Origin: Planctomycetota bacterium
GTDB taxonomy: Bacteria > Planctomycetota > Planctomycetia > Pirellulales > JADFKK01
Length of the DNA stretch: 64,000 nucleotides
NCBI GenBank assembly: GCA_022564995.1
Contig: JADFKK010000005.1
Location: 1,352-65,351 of the forward strand
Direction: 5' to 3'
Below, piece by piece: positions 27,229 to 35,634 of this stretch; the stretch's first letter is position 1, and the number at the start of each line of letters is the position of its first letter. The notes under the pieces were generated by a model. That model saw only the letters and a list, made by a program, of their open reading frames with translations, had not been told where the DNA came from and did no database searches. A program made the translations under genes and the position numbers.

Positions 27229-28560
27229 ATGAAAACACTGATCCAAGGCGCGACCGTCGTTCTCCCCGAGGGGACGGCGAAGACCAACGTCCTTATCGAC
27301 GGCGAGAAAATCGTCGAGATCGACCCGGCCGCGCAAATCACGGCCGACGAAGTGATCGACGCGACCGGGCTGCATCTGCTGCCGGGGGTGATCGACGATC
27401 AGGTCCATTTCCGCGATCCCGGCCTGACCCACAAAGAAGACCTGCACACCGGCAGCCGGGCCTGCGTGAAGGGCGGAGTGACCACGTTTCTGGAGATGCC
27501 CAACACGGCGCCGGCTACGATCAGCGCGGAGCGGCTGGCCGAGAAGCTGGCCCTGGCGGCGACCAAGTGCGTGGTCAATTACGGTTTTTACATCGGTGCC
27601 ACGCCAGAGAATGTCGAAGAGCTGAAAGCCGCAAGTCGAACGCCGGGAATCAAAATCTTCATCGGCTCCAGCACGGGCGATCTGTTGGTCGACGATCAAG
27701 ACGCCCTGGAACGGATCTTCGCCGAGACGACCCTGCCCATCACGGCCCATTGTGAAGACGAAACCACGGTGCGGCGGAACACGGCGGAACTGGCCGGCAC
27801 CAGCGACGTGGCCGATCACTCACGCATTCGCGACCACGAAGCGGCGATCATCGCCACCGCCCGAGCGATCGATTTGGCCTTTCGCCACGATCACCGTTTT
27901 CACGTGCTGCACGTTTCGACCGCCGCCGAGACGAATCTCATCGCCGATCACCGCGAGTTGATCACGGCCGAGGCTTGTCCGCATCATTTGTTTTTCAACG
28001 TCGATGACTACGCCCGGCTGGGCACGCTGGTGCAGATGAATCCGTCGATCAAAACGGTCGACGACAATCGCCGGCTGTGGCGGGCGCTATTGGACGGCAC
28101 GATTCAAGTCATCGCCACCGATCATGCCCCGCATACGCTGGCGGAAAAACAAGTCGATTATCCTAAATCACCCTCCGGCCTGCCGGCCGTCGAAAACTCG
28201 CTGGCGTTGCTGCTCGATCAAGTCCATCGCGGCCATTGCACCATCGAGCAAGTCGTCGCCTGGATGTGCGACGCCCCGGCTCGTGTTTGGGACTTAGTCA
28301 ACAAAGGCCGCATCGAGCGCGGCTATGACGCCGATCTGGTGCTGGTCGATTTGAACAAGACCGCGACGATCCACAACGCCGAGCAGGAAACCAAGAGCAA
28401 GTGGAGCCCTTGGGACGGCGAGACCCTGACCGGCTGGCCCGTGCGAACCTGGGTCATGGGACGCGAGGTGTTCCGCGACGGAACGATCGACGACGACGCC
28501 CGCGGGAAAGAAGCCCAATTCGACCACGCCCGCGGCGGATTTTGGAAAACGCGAGCGTAG
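27229..28560 (+). CDS. pyrC: dihydroorotase (amidohydrolase superfamily, multifunctional-complex type)
   Basis: 443 aa from ATG 27229 ([11 protein letters not shown]). [15 protein letters not shown] (HxH-type metal site). [20 protein letters not shown]. Typical C-terminal beta-sandwich. Confidence 0.85.
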   Translation: MKTLIQGATVVLPEGTAKTNVLIDGEKIVEIDPAAQITADEVIDATGLHLLPGVIDDQVHFRDPGLTHKEDLHTGSRACVKGGVTTFLEMPNTAPATISAERLAEKLALAATKCVVNYGFYIGATPENVEELKAASRTPGIKIFIGSSTGDLLVDDQDALERIFAETTLPITAHCEDETTVRRNTAELAGTSDVADHSRIRDHEAAIIATARAIDLAFRHDHRFHVLHVSTAAETNLIADHRELITAEACPHHLFFNVDDYARLGTLVQMNPSIKTVDDNRRLWRALLDGTIQVIATDHAPHTLAEKQVDYPKSPSGLPAVENSLALLLDQVHRGHCTIEQVVAWMCDAPARVWDLVNKGRIERGYDADLVLVDLNKTATIHNAEQETKSKWSPWDGETLTGWPVRTWVMGREVFRDGTIDDDARGKEAQFDHARGGFWKTRA

Positions 28561-28593
28561 GCCGCGCGAATTGCCGTCGTTCAAATGTCGCCT

Positions 28594-29892
28594 CTACTTT
28601 TTCGGCCCGATGCAGTAGAGGTGTTCGTGGCCGCGGATGAACAGGCTGCCGTGACTGATGGCGGGTGAGCTGGAACAGCGTTCGCCGAGTTTGCATTCGG
28701 CCACTTTGTCCAGCTTGCGGCCCGGGCGAATGATCGTCGTGTCGCCCTGGTCGGACGTGTAATAGACCAAACCGCCGGCCGTGACGGGCGAGGCCCAATA
28801 TCGCGGGCCGATCCGCTCCATCCAGTGTCGCTTGCCGCTGGCGGCGTCGAAGCAGCTAAGAATTCCGCCGTCGGAGACGACCAGCATGTACTCTCCCACG
28901 ACGATCGGCGAAGGAACATAAGCCGCGCCGCGACGGGTTCGCCAGGCGACGTGCGTCTTGGTTACGTCGCCGCGGCCATCGGGGCGAATCGCCATGATGT
29001 GATGATCGGGGTAGCCGGCGGTGAGGAAGAACAGCTTGCCGTCGAACACCATTGAGGCCACGAATTGCTCGGTCGGCCCCTTCATCCGCCAGTGTTGATC
29101 GCCCGTGCGGGGATCGTAGCTGACCACCGACTCGCTGCCCGAGAGGACCATTTGTGTGCGGTCGCCGATCTGCCGAATGATCGGAGTGACGTAGCTGCGG
29201 ATGCCGTTTTCGCGGCGGACCCGCCAGCGCTGTCTTCCGGTGTCGCGATCGAGGGCCACGATGTAGCCTTTGCCGTCGTGGTCGCCGTTGATAATCACCA
29301 GATCCTCAAACAACAGCGGGTTACTGCAAAACCCGTGGGCGCTGATAAACTCGCCGACCTTGACCTTCCATTTCTCGCGGCCCTCGACGTCGTAAGCGGC
29401 CACCACGATCTCGCCGGGCGTAATCGGCCGCGGCGTGCCGACGTTTGGCGCCGGGATCGTGCGGCCGTCGACCTGGAGCATCGCGACGAAGACGAGCTTT
29501 CCGTCGGTGGCCGGCGTGCTCGACGCGCGGCTGTTCAGCCCGTGCTTCGTTTCGAGTTTCGAGCGCAACACGGTCCGCTGCCAGAGCGTCTTGCCGCTGC
29601 GGCGATCGAGACAGATCAGCACCCGCTCTTCGCGCTCCGGCAGACACGAAGCAAGAAAGACGCGATCTTCCCAGACGATCGGCGAGGCATGGCCTTTGCC
29701 GGGGATTTTCACTTTCCAAACAACGCCCTTGCCGGCCGGCGCGTCCCAGGCGGTCGAGATGCCTTTCTCGTCGCTCGTTCCGTCTCCGCGCGGCCCCCGC
29801 CATCCGCCCCAATTTTCGGCAAGAGCGGGCGTGGAAAGCACCGCGGCGGAAACGAGCAACGGCAACCAACCGTTGAGTAACGCTAGACGCAT
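28594..29892 (-). CDS. PQQ-like beta-propeller repeat protein (secreted)
   Basis: 432 aa from ATG 29892 (MRLALLNGWLPLLVSAAVLSTPALA). WGGWRGPRGDG start and recurring W-containing blade motifs (TGKTLW, TGRQRW, TGDQHW, SGKRHW), as in BamB/PQQ-propeller families. Confidence 0.8.
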   Translation of the reverse strand: MRLALLNGWLPLLVSAAVLSTPALAENWGGWRGPRGDGTSDEKGISTAWDAPAGKGVVWKVKIPGKGHASPIVWEDRVFLASCLPEREERVLICLDRRSGKTLWQRTVLRSKLETKHGLNSRASSTPATDGKLVFVAMLQVDGRTIPAPNVGTPRPITPGEIVVAAYDVEGREKWKVKVGEFISAHGFCSNPLLFEDLVIINGDHDGKGYIVALDRDTGRQRWRVRRENGIRSYVTPIIRQIGDRTQMVLSGSESVVSYDPRTGDQHWRMKGPTEQFVASMVFDGKLFFLTAGYPDHHIMAIRPDGRGDVTKTHVAWRTRRGAAYVPSPIVVGEYMLVVSDGGILSCFDAASGKRHWMERIGPRYWASPVTAGGLVYYTSDQGDTTIIRPGRKLDKVAECKLGERCSSSPAISHGSLFIRGHEHLYCIGPKK

Positions 29893-30145
29893 GGAACACC
29901 TCTTGGGGAAGTTCTCGCTCGAATTCGATAAAAAGCAGTGTAACCCAAGCCTCTGGCGAAGGAAACTGTAACGGCGAGACCGGGTGCGCGGAAGTTGCAA
30001 GAGATTGGGGTTACGGTTGAGAGCGACACCAAGGATCACCACTACGTCACACGGGCAGCGCAGCATGCTACAATCGCGACACGGCGAGAAGGGTCAGTTT
30101 CGCCCCACAACTTGATTGGAAAATGTCAGTGGAAGGAACTGGTGC

Positions 30146-30775
30146 ATGATGCGAAGCGCGTGGCCAACGTATGAAGCGGCGGGGCGACAGAGCCGTCTTT
30201 CGTTGCTGGCCGATACTCCGGGTTGGACGGGGACATTTGAACTGGCCACACTGCTGGCGGCCGGATGCGGCGCCGCGATGGCGACCGGTTTTTTGGATCT
30301 GGGGTTGCGAATCCCCGGCCATGCGATCATCCGCGCCGTGTTTCCAATGGCGTTCGGCTTGGCGGCCGCGCCGCGACGAGGGGCCGGGTGTGTGATGGGC
30401 GGATCGGCCCTGGCGTCGGCGGCTTGCATTCACTTCGGTGGTTTCGCATCGATCGGCGTCGGGGCGGTGACCAGTCTCTGCGTGACCGGCCCTCTGCTCG
30501 ATCTGGCCGTTTGTTCGTTACGGCCCGGCCGATCGTTGTGGCTCAGATTGGGATTGGCCGGGATGATGAGCAACACGGTCGCCTTTATGGTGCGGGGAGG
30601 AGTGAAGTTGGCGGGGGCGGACCATGCGACCGGCCGGCCGTTTGCCGCCTGGTGGCCGCAGGCCGCCTGGACGTATTTGCTGTGCGGACTGTTGGCCGGG
30701 CTGCTGAGCGCCGCGGTCTGGTTCCGTTTTCAAGCGGATCGAGACAGCGAAGCAGACCGGGAGGAACTACGGTGA
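30146..30775 (+). CDS. Gly/Ala-rich polytopic membrane protein (hypothetical)
   Basis: About 209 aa from ATG 30146 (the track ORF starts at TTG 30116). About 5-6 hydrophobic segments. The stop TGA overlaps the GTG start of the next gene (GTGA at 30772-30775). Confidence 0.55.
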   Translation: MMRSAWPTYEAAGRQSRLSLLADTPGWTGTFELATLLAAGCGAAMATGFLDLGLRIPGHAIIRAVFPMAFGLAAAPRRGAGCVMGGSALASAACIHFGGFASIGVGAVTSLCVTGPLLDLAVCSLRPGRSLWLRLGLAGMMSNTVAFMVRGGVKLAGADHATGRPFAAWWPQAAWTYLLCGLLAGLLSAAVWFRFQADRDSEADREELR

Positions 30776-31473
30776 TTTACGTCGGCATCGACGACACCGA
30801 CAACATCGACTCGCCCGGCACGAATCAATTGGCCCGCAAGTTGGTGGCGCGCACGGCCGATCGCTTTCGCTGCCGATTGATCGTGCGTCACCAGTTGCTG
30901 CTCGATCCACGCGTGCCCTACACGAGCAAGAATAGTTCCGCGGCGCTGCTGTTCGATTCACCGGCCGACGCCGACGTGGATGATCTGATCGACGACTTGC
31001 GGAAAGGATTGCGCGAGCTTTCGGCCACAGGGAGCGATCCCGGCTTGTGCGTTGTGACCGAGCGAGCCCCCGAGGAAGTCATTCAGTTTGGCCGCCGCTG
31101 CCAGCAACATGTCGTCTGCCAGCAGGACGCGCTGGGCGTGGCCGCGGAACATCAAATTCACTTAGAAGGCCTCGGCGGGACGAACGACGGCCTCATCGGC
31201 GCGCTGGCGGCCGTCGGACTCAGTTCGACCGGCGACGACGGACGTGTGGTACACATTGCCCAATGGCCGGACGATTTAGCGGGAGCCCAGTGCATCAGTC
31301 GACTGCATGAGCGCCGCGTAGAGGTTCGCAGGATCGATACAAACCAACGCATAACCGACGGGATCGTAGACGTCGGCAAGCACCTGCGGCCGAACTATCG
31401 CGATGAGAAGGTCGTGCTGTTCGTTGAGCCGGGTGATTCGCCAGAGAGTTGGTCTGCGGTGCGGCTGTTGTAG
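30772..31473 (+). CDS. TiaS N-terminal (Thr18-Cyt34 kinase domain)-like protein
   Basis: 233 aa from GTG 30772. VIYVGIDDTDNIDSPGTNQLA, LLLDPRVPYTSKNSSAALLF and NDGLIGALAAVGLS parallel the archaeal TiaS N-terminal blocks (V/I)GIDDTDS..GMCTTYLA, RLNP.IPYKTRGNGA and GRGLIGALAAVG, as recalled from memory. The upstream part of track ORF 30265-31473 overlaps the membrane gene and is rejected. Confidence 0.55.
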   Translation: MIYVGIDDTDNIDSPGTNQLARKLVARTADRFRCRLIVRHQLLLDPRVPYTSKNSSAALLFDSPADADVDDLIDDLRKGLRELSATGSDPGLCVVTERAPEEVIQFGRRCQQHVVCQQDALGVAAEHQIHLEGLGGTNDGLIGALAAVGLSSTGDDGRVVHIAQWPDDLAGAQCISRLHERRVEVRRIDTNQRITDGIVDVGKHLRPNYRDEKVVLFVEPGDSPESWSAVRLL

Positions 31474-31566
31474 CCGCGGACCTGATTCTGCGATTTCCCC
31501 GCACACAATGGCGCTGCGGTTAGGCCACCGTTTGGTGTATGATGCCGGCTGAAGGATCCACGCCCC

Positions 31567-31842
31567 ATGACCACACATAGCGACACACTGCGGCTCTTTT
31601 CTGACTTGCGGCCGGGAGACCAGGTCGAGCTGACGCACGAGGTGAAGGTCGGCTTTCGCAGTTGGACCGCCACGACCGCCGGCGAAGTCGTGCGAACCGA
31701 CCGGCAACGCCACGGGCTGCATCATCGTCGCAATCGCGACGAGGGGGCCTACTCCGACATTATCGTACTGCGCAAGGACGACGGCGAGTTGACGACCGTC
31801 ACGCTCGATGAGTTTTCGCAGCTTAAGCGAGTGAGCATGTAG
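31567..31842 (+). CDS. small hypothetical protein
   Basis: 91-aa ORF with genome-typical GC3-rich codons. No recognisable family. Its stop lies inside the left arm of the 31839-31913 palindrome. Confidence 0.4.
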   Translation: MTTHSDTLRLFSDLRPGDQVELTHEVKVGFRSWTATTAGEVVRTDRQRHGLHHRRNRDEGAYSDIIVLRKDDGELTTVTLDEFSQLKRVSM

Positions 31843-31913
31843 GTTATGCTTCAGCATAACAACATTGATGTCATGTGCCCGCGGTGTTGATGTTATGCTA
31901 AAGCATAACCTAC
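31839..31913. repeat. nested palindrome (arms are themselves hairpins)
   Basis: GTAGGTTATGCTTCAGCATAAC (31839-31860) and GTTATGCTAAAGCATAACCTAC (31892-31913), 1 mismatch. Each arm folds as GTTATGC-tetraloop-GCATAAC. Confidence 0.8.
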
Positions 31914-31945
31914 GGGCTGCGTTAACCTTCCAGGGGAGAACCACC

Positions 31946-32410
31946 ATGCTACGCCAATTCGTCTTATGTGTCGTCACCACACTCGTATTGTTCTCGTCGA
32001 CATCCGCCCTCGCCCGGCGGCCGAACGTGTCGTTGATCTACACGGACGATCAGGGCAGCGTCGACGTGAACTGTTACGGGGCGAAAGACTTGATTACGCC
32101 GCACATGGATTCGCTGGCCAAGCGGGGCGTGCGGTTTACGCAGTTCTATGCGGCCGCGCCGGTCTGTTCGCCGTCGCGGGCCGCTTTGATGACGGGGCGG
32201 TTTCCGCAGCGGGCCGGAGTGCCGGGCAATGTCTCTTCGGCCAAGGGCAACGCCGGAATGCCGGCCGCGCAGGTCACGTTCGCCGAGATGATGAAGGCCG
32301 GCGGATAGATCACGGGGCACGTCGGCAAGTGGCACCTCGGTTTTACGAAAGAGACGATGCCCAATGGCCAGGGCTTCGGCAGCTCGTTCGGCCACATGGG
32401 CGGCTTGCCC
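31946..32410 (+). pseudogene. arylsulfatase-family gene remnant (in-frame TAG plus 3' truncation)
   Basis: RBS-like AGGGGAGA, then ATG 31946. Signal peptide, then sulfatase signature IYTDDQG...CSPSRAALMTGR. TAG at 32306-32308 sits where family members have Tyr (MKAGG*ITGHVGKWHLG). Similarity ends near 32405 after about 150 of the expected 450+ residues. Confidence 0.75.
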
Positions 32411-32443
32411 GCCCTTGCGCGACAGGACATTTACATCTGGCCG

Positions 32444-32668
32444 TTAAAACAGCGTGTAAATAAACGGCGCCGCGGCCGTGCCGCCGAGGAAGATGAGCGT
32501 CCCTACGAGCAGCAGCACGAGCAGGATCGGGGTGAGCCACCACTTTTTGTTGTAACGTAGAAAGTCGACGAACTCGCGGATGATGCCGGGCGAGGACTGC
32601 TCGGCCTGATCGGCGAAGTCGCCGTCGGTGTTGCCGTCGCTTCGGTTTGGGTCTTGATCGTCTGTCAC
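32444..32668 (-). CDS. DUF5989 family small membrane protein
   Basis: 74 aa. C-terminal KKWWLTPILLVLLLVGTLIFLGGTAAAPFIYTLF matches the DUF5989 signature (KKWWL.P......APFIYTLF) usually found beside SxtJ and carbamoyltransferase genes. Confidence 0.75.
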   Translation of the reverse strand: MTDDQDPNRSDGNTDGDFADQAEQSSPGIIREFVDFLRYNKKWWLTPILLVLLLVGTLIFLGGTAAAPFIYTLF

Positions 32669-32695
32669 GTGGTTGGCGCCTCGAATTACGAGATT

Positions 32696-33112
32696 TTAGA
32701 ATTGGCGAAAGTAGCGGTCCGAGTCGGTGCGTTCCTGATGCGGAATCCAGTAAGTCGACGCCGTGGGGTCAATCTTTCGCCGCATCGGATCGCGCCCGAA
32801 CAGCCGCATGGCAACCCCCAGCGGCGTGAACAGCAGATAATACGTCGCTCCCAGCACCAGATGGGAAATCGTCCAGCCCATCGGAAAGGCCGCGTACATC
32901 CAGCCAACGTAGACATAACGAAACCACGTCGGCCGCACAACGCCAACGGCGCCCGCTGCGAATGCGGCAGCCAGCACATAGACGGCCGACGTTACATCGG
33001 ACAACTGCCAAACCCAATAACTGATGACGACCGCCAAGGCGGGAAACCAGATGCCGGCAAACTGCCGCAGTTCTCGTCGGCTGGGGTTGTGATTGATTTC
33101 GATCAGGGCCAT
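32696..33112 (-). CDS. SxtJ family membrane protein
   Basis: 138 aa from ATG 33112 (MALIEINHNPSRRELRQFAG...). Two or three TM segments. Sits between the carbamoyltransferase and DUF5989 genes, as in the conserved triad. Confidence 0.7.
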   Translation of the reverse strand: MALIEINHNPSRRELRQFAGIWFPALAVVISYWVWQLSDVTSAVYVLAAAFAAGAVGVVRPTWFRYVYVGWMYAAFPMGWTISHLVLGATYYLLFTPLGVAMRLFGRDPMRRKIDPTASTYWIPHQERTDSDRYFRQF

Positions 33113-33305
33113 GGTGGTTTTCGTCGCCGGTTCGCATCGTTCGAGAAATAAGTGTCTCACGAAACGGCACTCGGCGAGCGGAGGCCGTTAGGCCGCCGGT
33201 GATTCCTCGCTGGGCGTCGAGCTCTTCGTGTGCAGTTGTATTACCCCCGAGCTAACGCTCGGGGCTCGCCATGAAAAAATGCGACACTCGTTTCTCGAAC
33301 GATGC

Positions 33306-35144
33306 TTAGTCGAGTTGAAACTGTGCCAAATACTCGTCTCGCCGATTCGTTTCGGCGTCGGGCTGCTCTTTCTTCAAGAGTACGAAATTCTCCAGCACCA
33401 ACACATCCATGTCCGTGGCCATGAAACAGCGGTAGGCGTCTGCCGGCGTGCAGACAATCGGCTCGCCGCGGACGTTAAAACTTGTGTTGATTAAAATCGG
33501 ACAGCCCGTCTTCTCCGCGAAGCGTTTGATCAGCCGGTAGTATTGCCCATGCCGCTCGGGATCGACCGTTTGTACGCGGGCCGAATAGTCGACGTGCGTA
33601 ATGGCCGGCACTTCGGAGCGGCAGGCCTTCAGCTTGTCGAGGCCGATCAGCCCGGACGCCTCTCCGTTCAAATCCGCTCGCTTCGACTCCTGGACGTCGG
33701 CCACCATCAGCATGTACGGGCTCTGTTCGTGAGGCCGCATTTCGAAATACTCGTCGACCCGCTCTTCGAGGATCGAGGGAGCAAACGGCCGGAACGATTC
33801 ACGAAACTTGATCTTCAGGTTCATCACCGACTGCATTTTGCGGCTGCGGGCGTCGCCCAGTATGCTGCGCGCGCCGAGAGCCCGGGGCCCGAACTCCATG
33901 CGGCCTTGCATCCAACCGACGACCTTTTCATCGGCCAGCAGCTCGGCAACTCGATCGCAAAGATCGTCATCGCCGTCGCTGCGGCAATACACCGCACCGG
34001 TCTCGTCGAGAAACTGTCGAATTTCGTCATCGGAAAACTGCGGCCCCAGCAGCGATCCGCTTTGGCTGTCGAGCGGTCCGCATTCGCGCGGCTTGTCGAG
34101 CAATTGATGCCAGATGAACAGGGCCACGCCCAACGCGCCGCCGGCGTCGCCCGCGGCCGGTTGAATCCAGACGTTCTCGAAAGGTCCCTCGCGAAGAATG
34201 CGGCCGTTGCCCACGCAGTTCAGCGCGACACCGCCGGCCAGGCACAGATTCGACATGCCGGTTTCGGCATGAACGTGCCGGGCGATTCGCAGCATGACCT
34301 CCTCGGTGACCAACTGGATCGAAGCGGCGATGTCCATTTCGCGCTGGGTAATCGGCGATTCGCTTTTTCGCGGCGGTCCGCCGAACAGCCGGTCGAACTT
34401 TCGCGAGGTCATCGTTAACCCCTGCGGATAATTGAAATACGACATGTCGAGGCGAAACGATCCGTCGTCCTTAATGTCGATCAGTTTCTCGCGAATCAAC
34501 TCGGCGTATTTCGGCTCGCCATAGGGCGCCAGGCCCATCAGCTTGTACTCGCCCGAATTGACGCGAAAGCCGGTGAAGTAGGTCAGGGCCGAATACAGCA
34601 GCCCCAGCGAATGGGGAAAGTGAATTTCGTGCGTCAGGTGGATCTTATTGCCGCGGCCGTAGCCGAAGCTGGTGGTCGCCCACTCTCCAACACCATCGAG
34701 CGTGAGAATGGCCGCCTCTTCAAACGGCGAAGGGAAAAACGCACTGGCGGCGTGCGACTCGTGATGCTCGGTGAAGACGAAGCGCCGCTTGTAAGCCCCG
34801 TCTAAACTCTTCGACATTTCGCGCGGCAGATGCAGCTTCTGCTTGAGCCACAGCGGCATCGCCTTGAGAAACGAGCGAAATCCGGCCGGCGCGTAGGCCA
34901 AGTAAGTCTCCAGCAGCCGCTCGAACTTCAACAGCGGCTTGTCGTAAAAGCCGACATAATCGAGCTGCTCCGGCCGCAGCCCCGCCTCGGCAAGGCAATA
35001 CTCGACCGCCTGCTGCGGAAAAGCGAAATCGTGCTTCTTGCGCGTAAACCGCTCCTCCTGCGCCGCCGCCACAATCCGTCCGTCAACCACCAGGGCCGCG
35101 GCCGAATCGTGATAAAAAGCGGAGATACCGAGAATTGCGGTCAT
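33306..35144 (-). CDS. carbamoyltransferase (NodU/CmcH family)
   Basis: 612 aa. ILGISAFYHDSAAALV start. HHESHAASAF. LCLAGGVALNCVGNG. C-terminal INTSFNVRGEPIVCTPADA. Confidence 0.9.
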   Translation of the reverse strand: MTAILGISAFYHDSAAALVVDGRIVAAAQEERFTRKKHDFAFPQQAVEYCLAEAGLRPEQLDYVGFYDKPLLKFERLLETYLAYAPAGFRSFLKAMPLWLKQKLHLPREMSKSLDGAYKRRFVFTEHHESHAASAFFPSPFEEAAILTLDGVGEWATTSFGYGRGNKIHLTHEIHFPHSLGLLYSALTYFTGFRVNSGEYKLMGLAPYGEPKYAELIREKLIDIKDDGSFRLDMSYFNYPQGLTMTSRKFDRLFGGPPRKSESPITQREMDIAASIQLVTEEVMLRIARHVHAETGMSNLCLAGGVALNCVGNGRILREGPFENVWIQPAAGDAGGALGVALFIWHQLLDKPRECGPLDSQSGSLLGPQFSDDEIRQFLDETGAVYCRSDGDDDLCDRVAELLADEKVVGWMQGRMEFGPRALGARSILGDARSRKMQSVMNLKIKFRESFRPFAPSILEERVDEYFEMRPHEQSPYMLMVADVQESKRADLNGEASGLIGLDKLKACRSEVPAITHVDYSARVQTVDPERHGQYYRLIKRFAEKTGCPILINTSFNVRGEPIVCTPADAYRCFMATDMDVLVLENFVLLKKEQPDAETNRRDEYLAQFQLD

Positions 35145-35557
35145 GGAACAGTATCTGAAACCAAGCAGGGGGACGCCGGTTTGCGTGCAGCGGAATCACG
35201 TGGGCTGTCGGCAACACGAGAGCAAACCTTAGATATTGTTGGCCGAACCTTCCCACGGTAATTCAAGATACCTCCCTAGCACATTAAAAGCAAATCGTGG
35301 CCAACATTTGCAACGGGCGAAGTCGGCAGCTGAGATGAGTCTCTCCGAACGGCACCAACTCGCGTTCCGGATTGAACGGTCATGCTGTCTCGGTAAATGA
35401 GGAGGATTTTTTCGGTTCCAGTGAGTTTTCCTCCGCCTCGCTGGCGGTCCGGCGGACACCACTGCGGTGATGTTATAGGACCACCGGGCCACCGGCGTCG
35501 GCACACGACTCCAGACGGAATGAGGATCGGCGGGGAGAGATCAACGTATCGCTCGAT

Positions 35558-35587
35558 TTGCTTTTCGGCGGGTTACCATGGTACAAT
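35558..35587 (+). promoter_or_regulatory. possible sigma-70-type promoter of the selenoprotein-candidate gene
   Basis: TTGCTT (35558-35563), an 18-nt spacer, then TACAAT (35582-35587), about 50 nt upstream of ATG 35635. Consensus match only. Confidence 0.25.
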
Positions 35588-35634
35588 TTGCCCAGGTGTA
35601 TCTCATTTCGTTTGTTCCGCACGAGGATTCCGCC

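Noticed and set aside
30265-30771. The upstream part of track ORF 30265-31473 (402 aa).
   Set aside because: It overlaps the hydrophobic membrane-protein frame and is Arg/Gly-rich nonsense. The TiaS-like homology begins at GTG 30772, which is coupled to the upstream stop.
32330-32346. Sigma-54 promoter candidates (TGGCAC boxes here and at 14316-14321), sought because an NtrC-type activator is encoded at 9019-10371.
   Set aside because: Neither has TTGC(A/T) at the required 5-nt spacing. One lies inside the sulfatase remnant and the other inside an inverted repeat.
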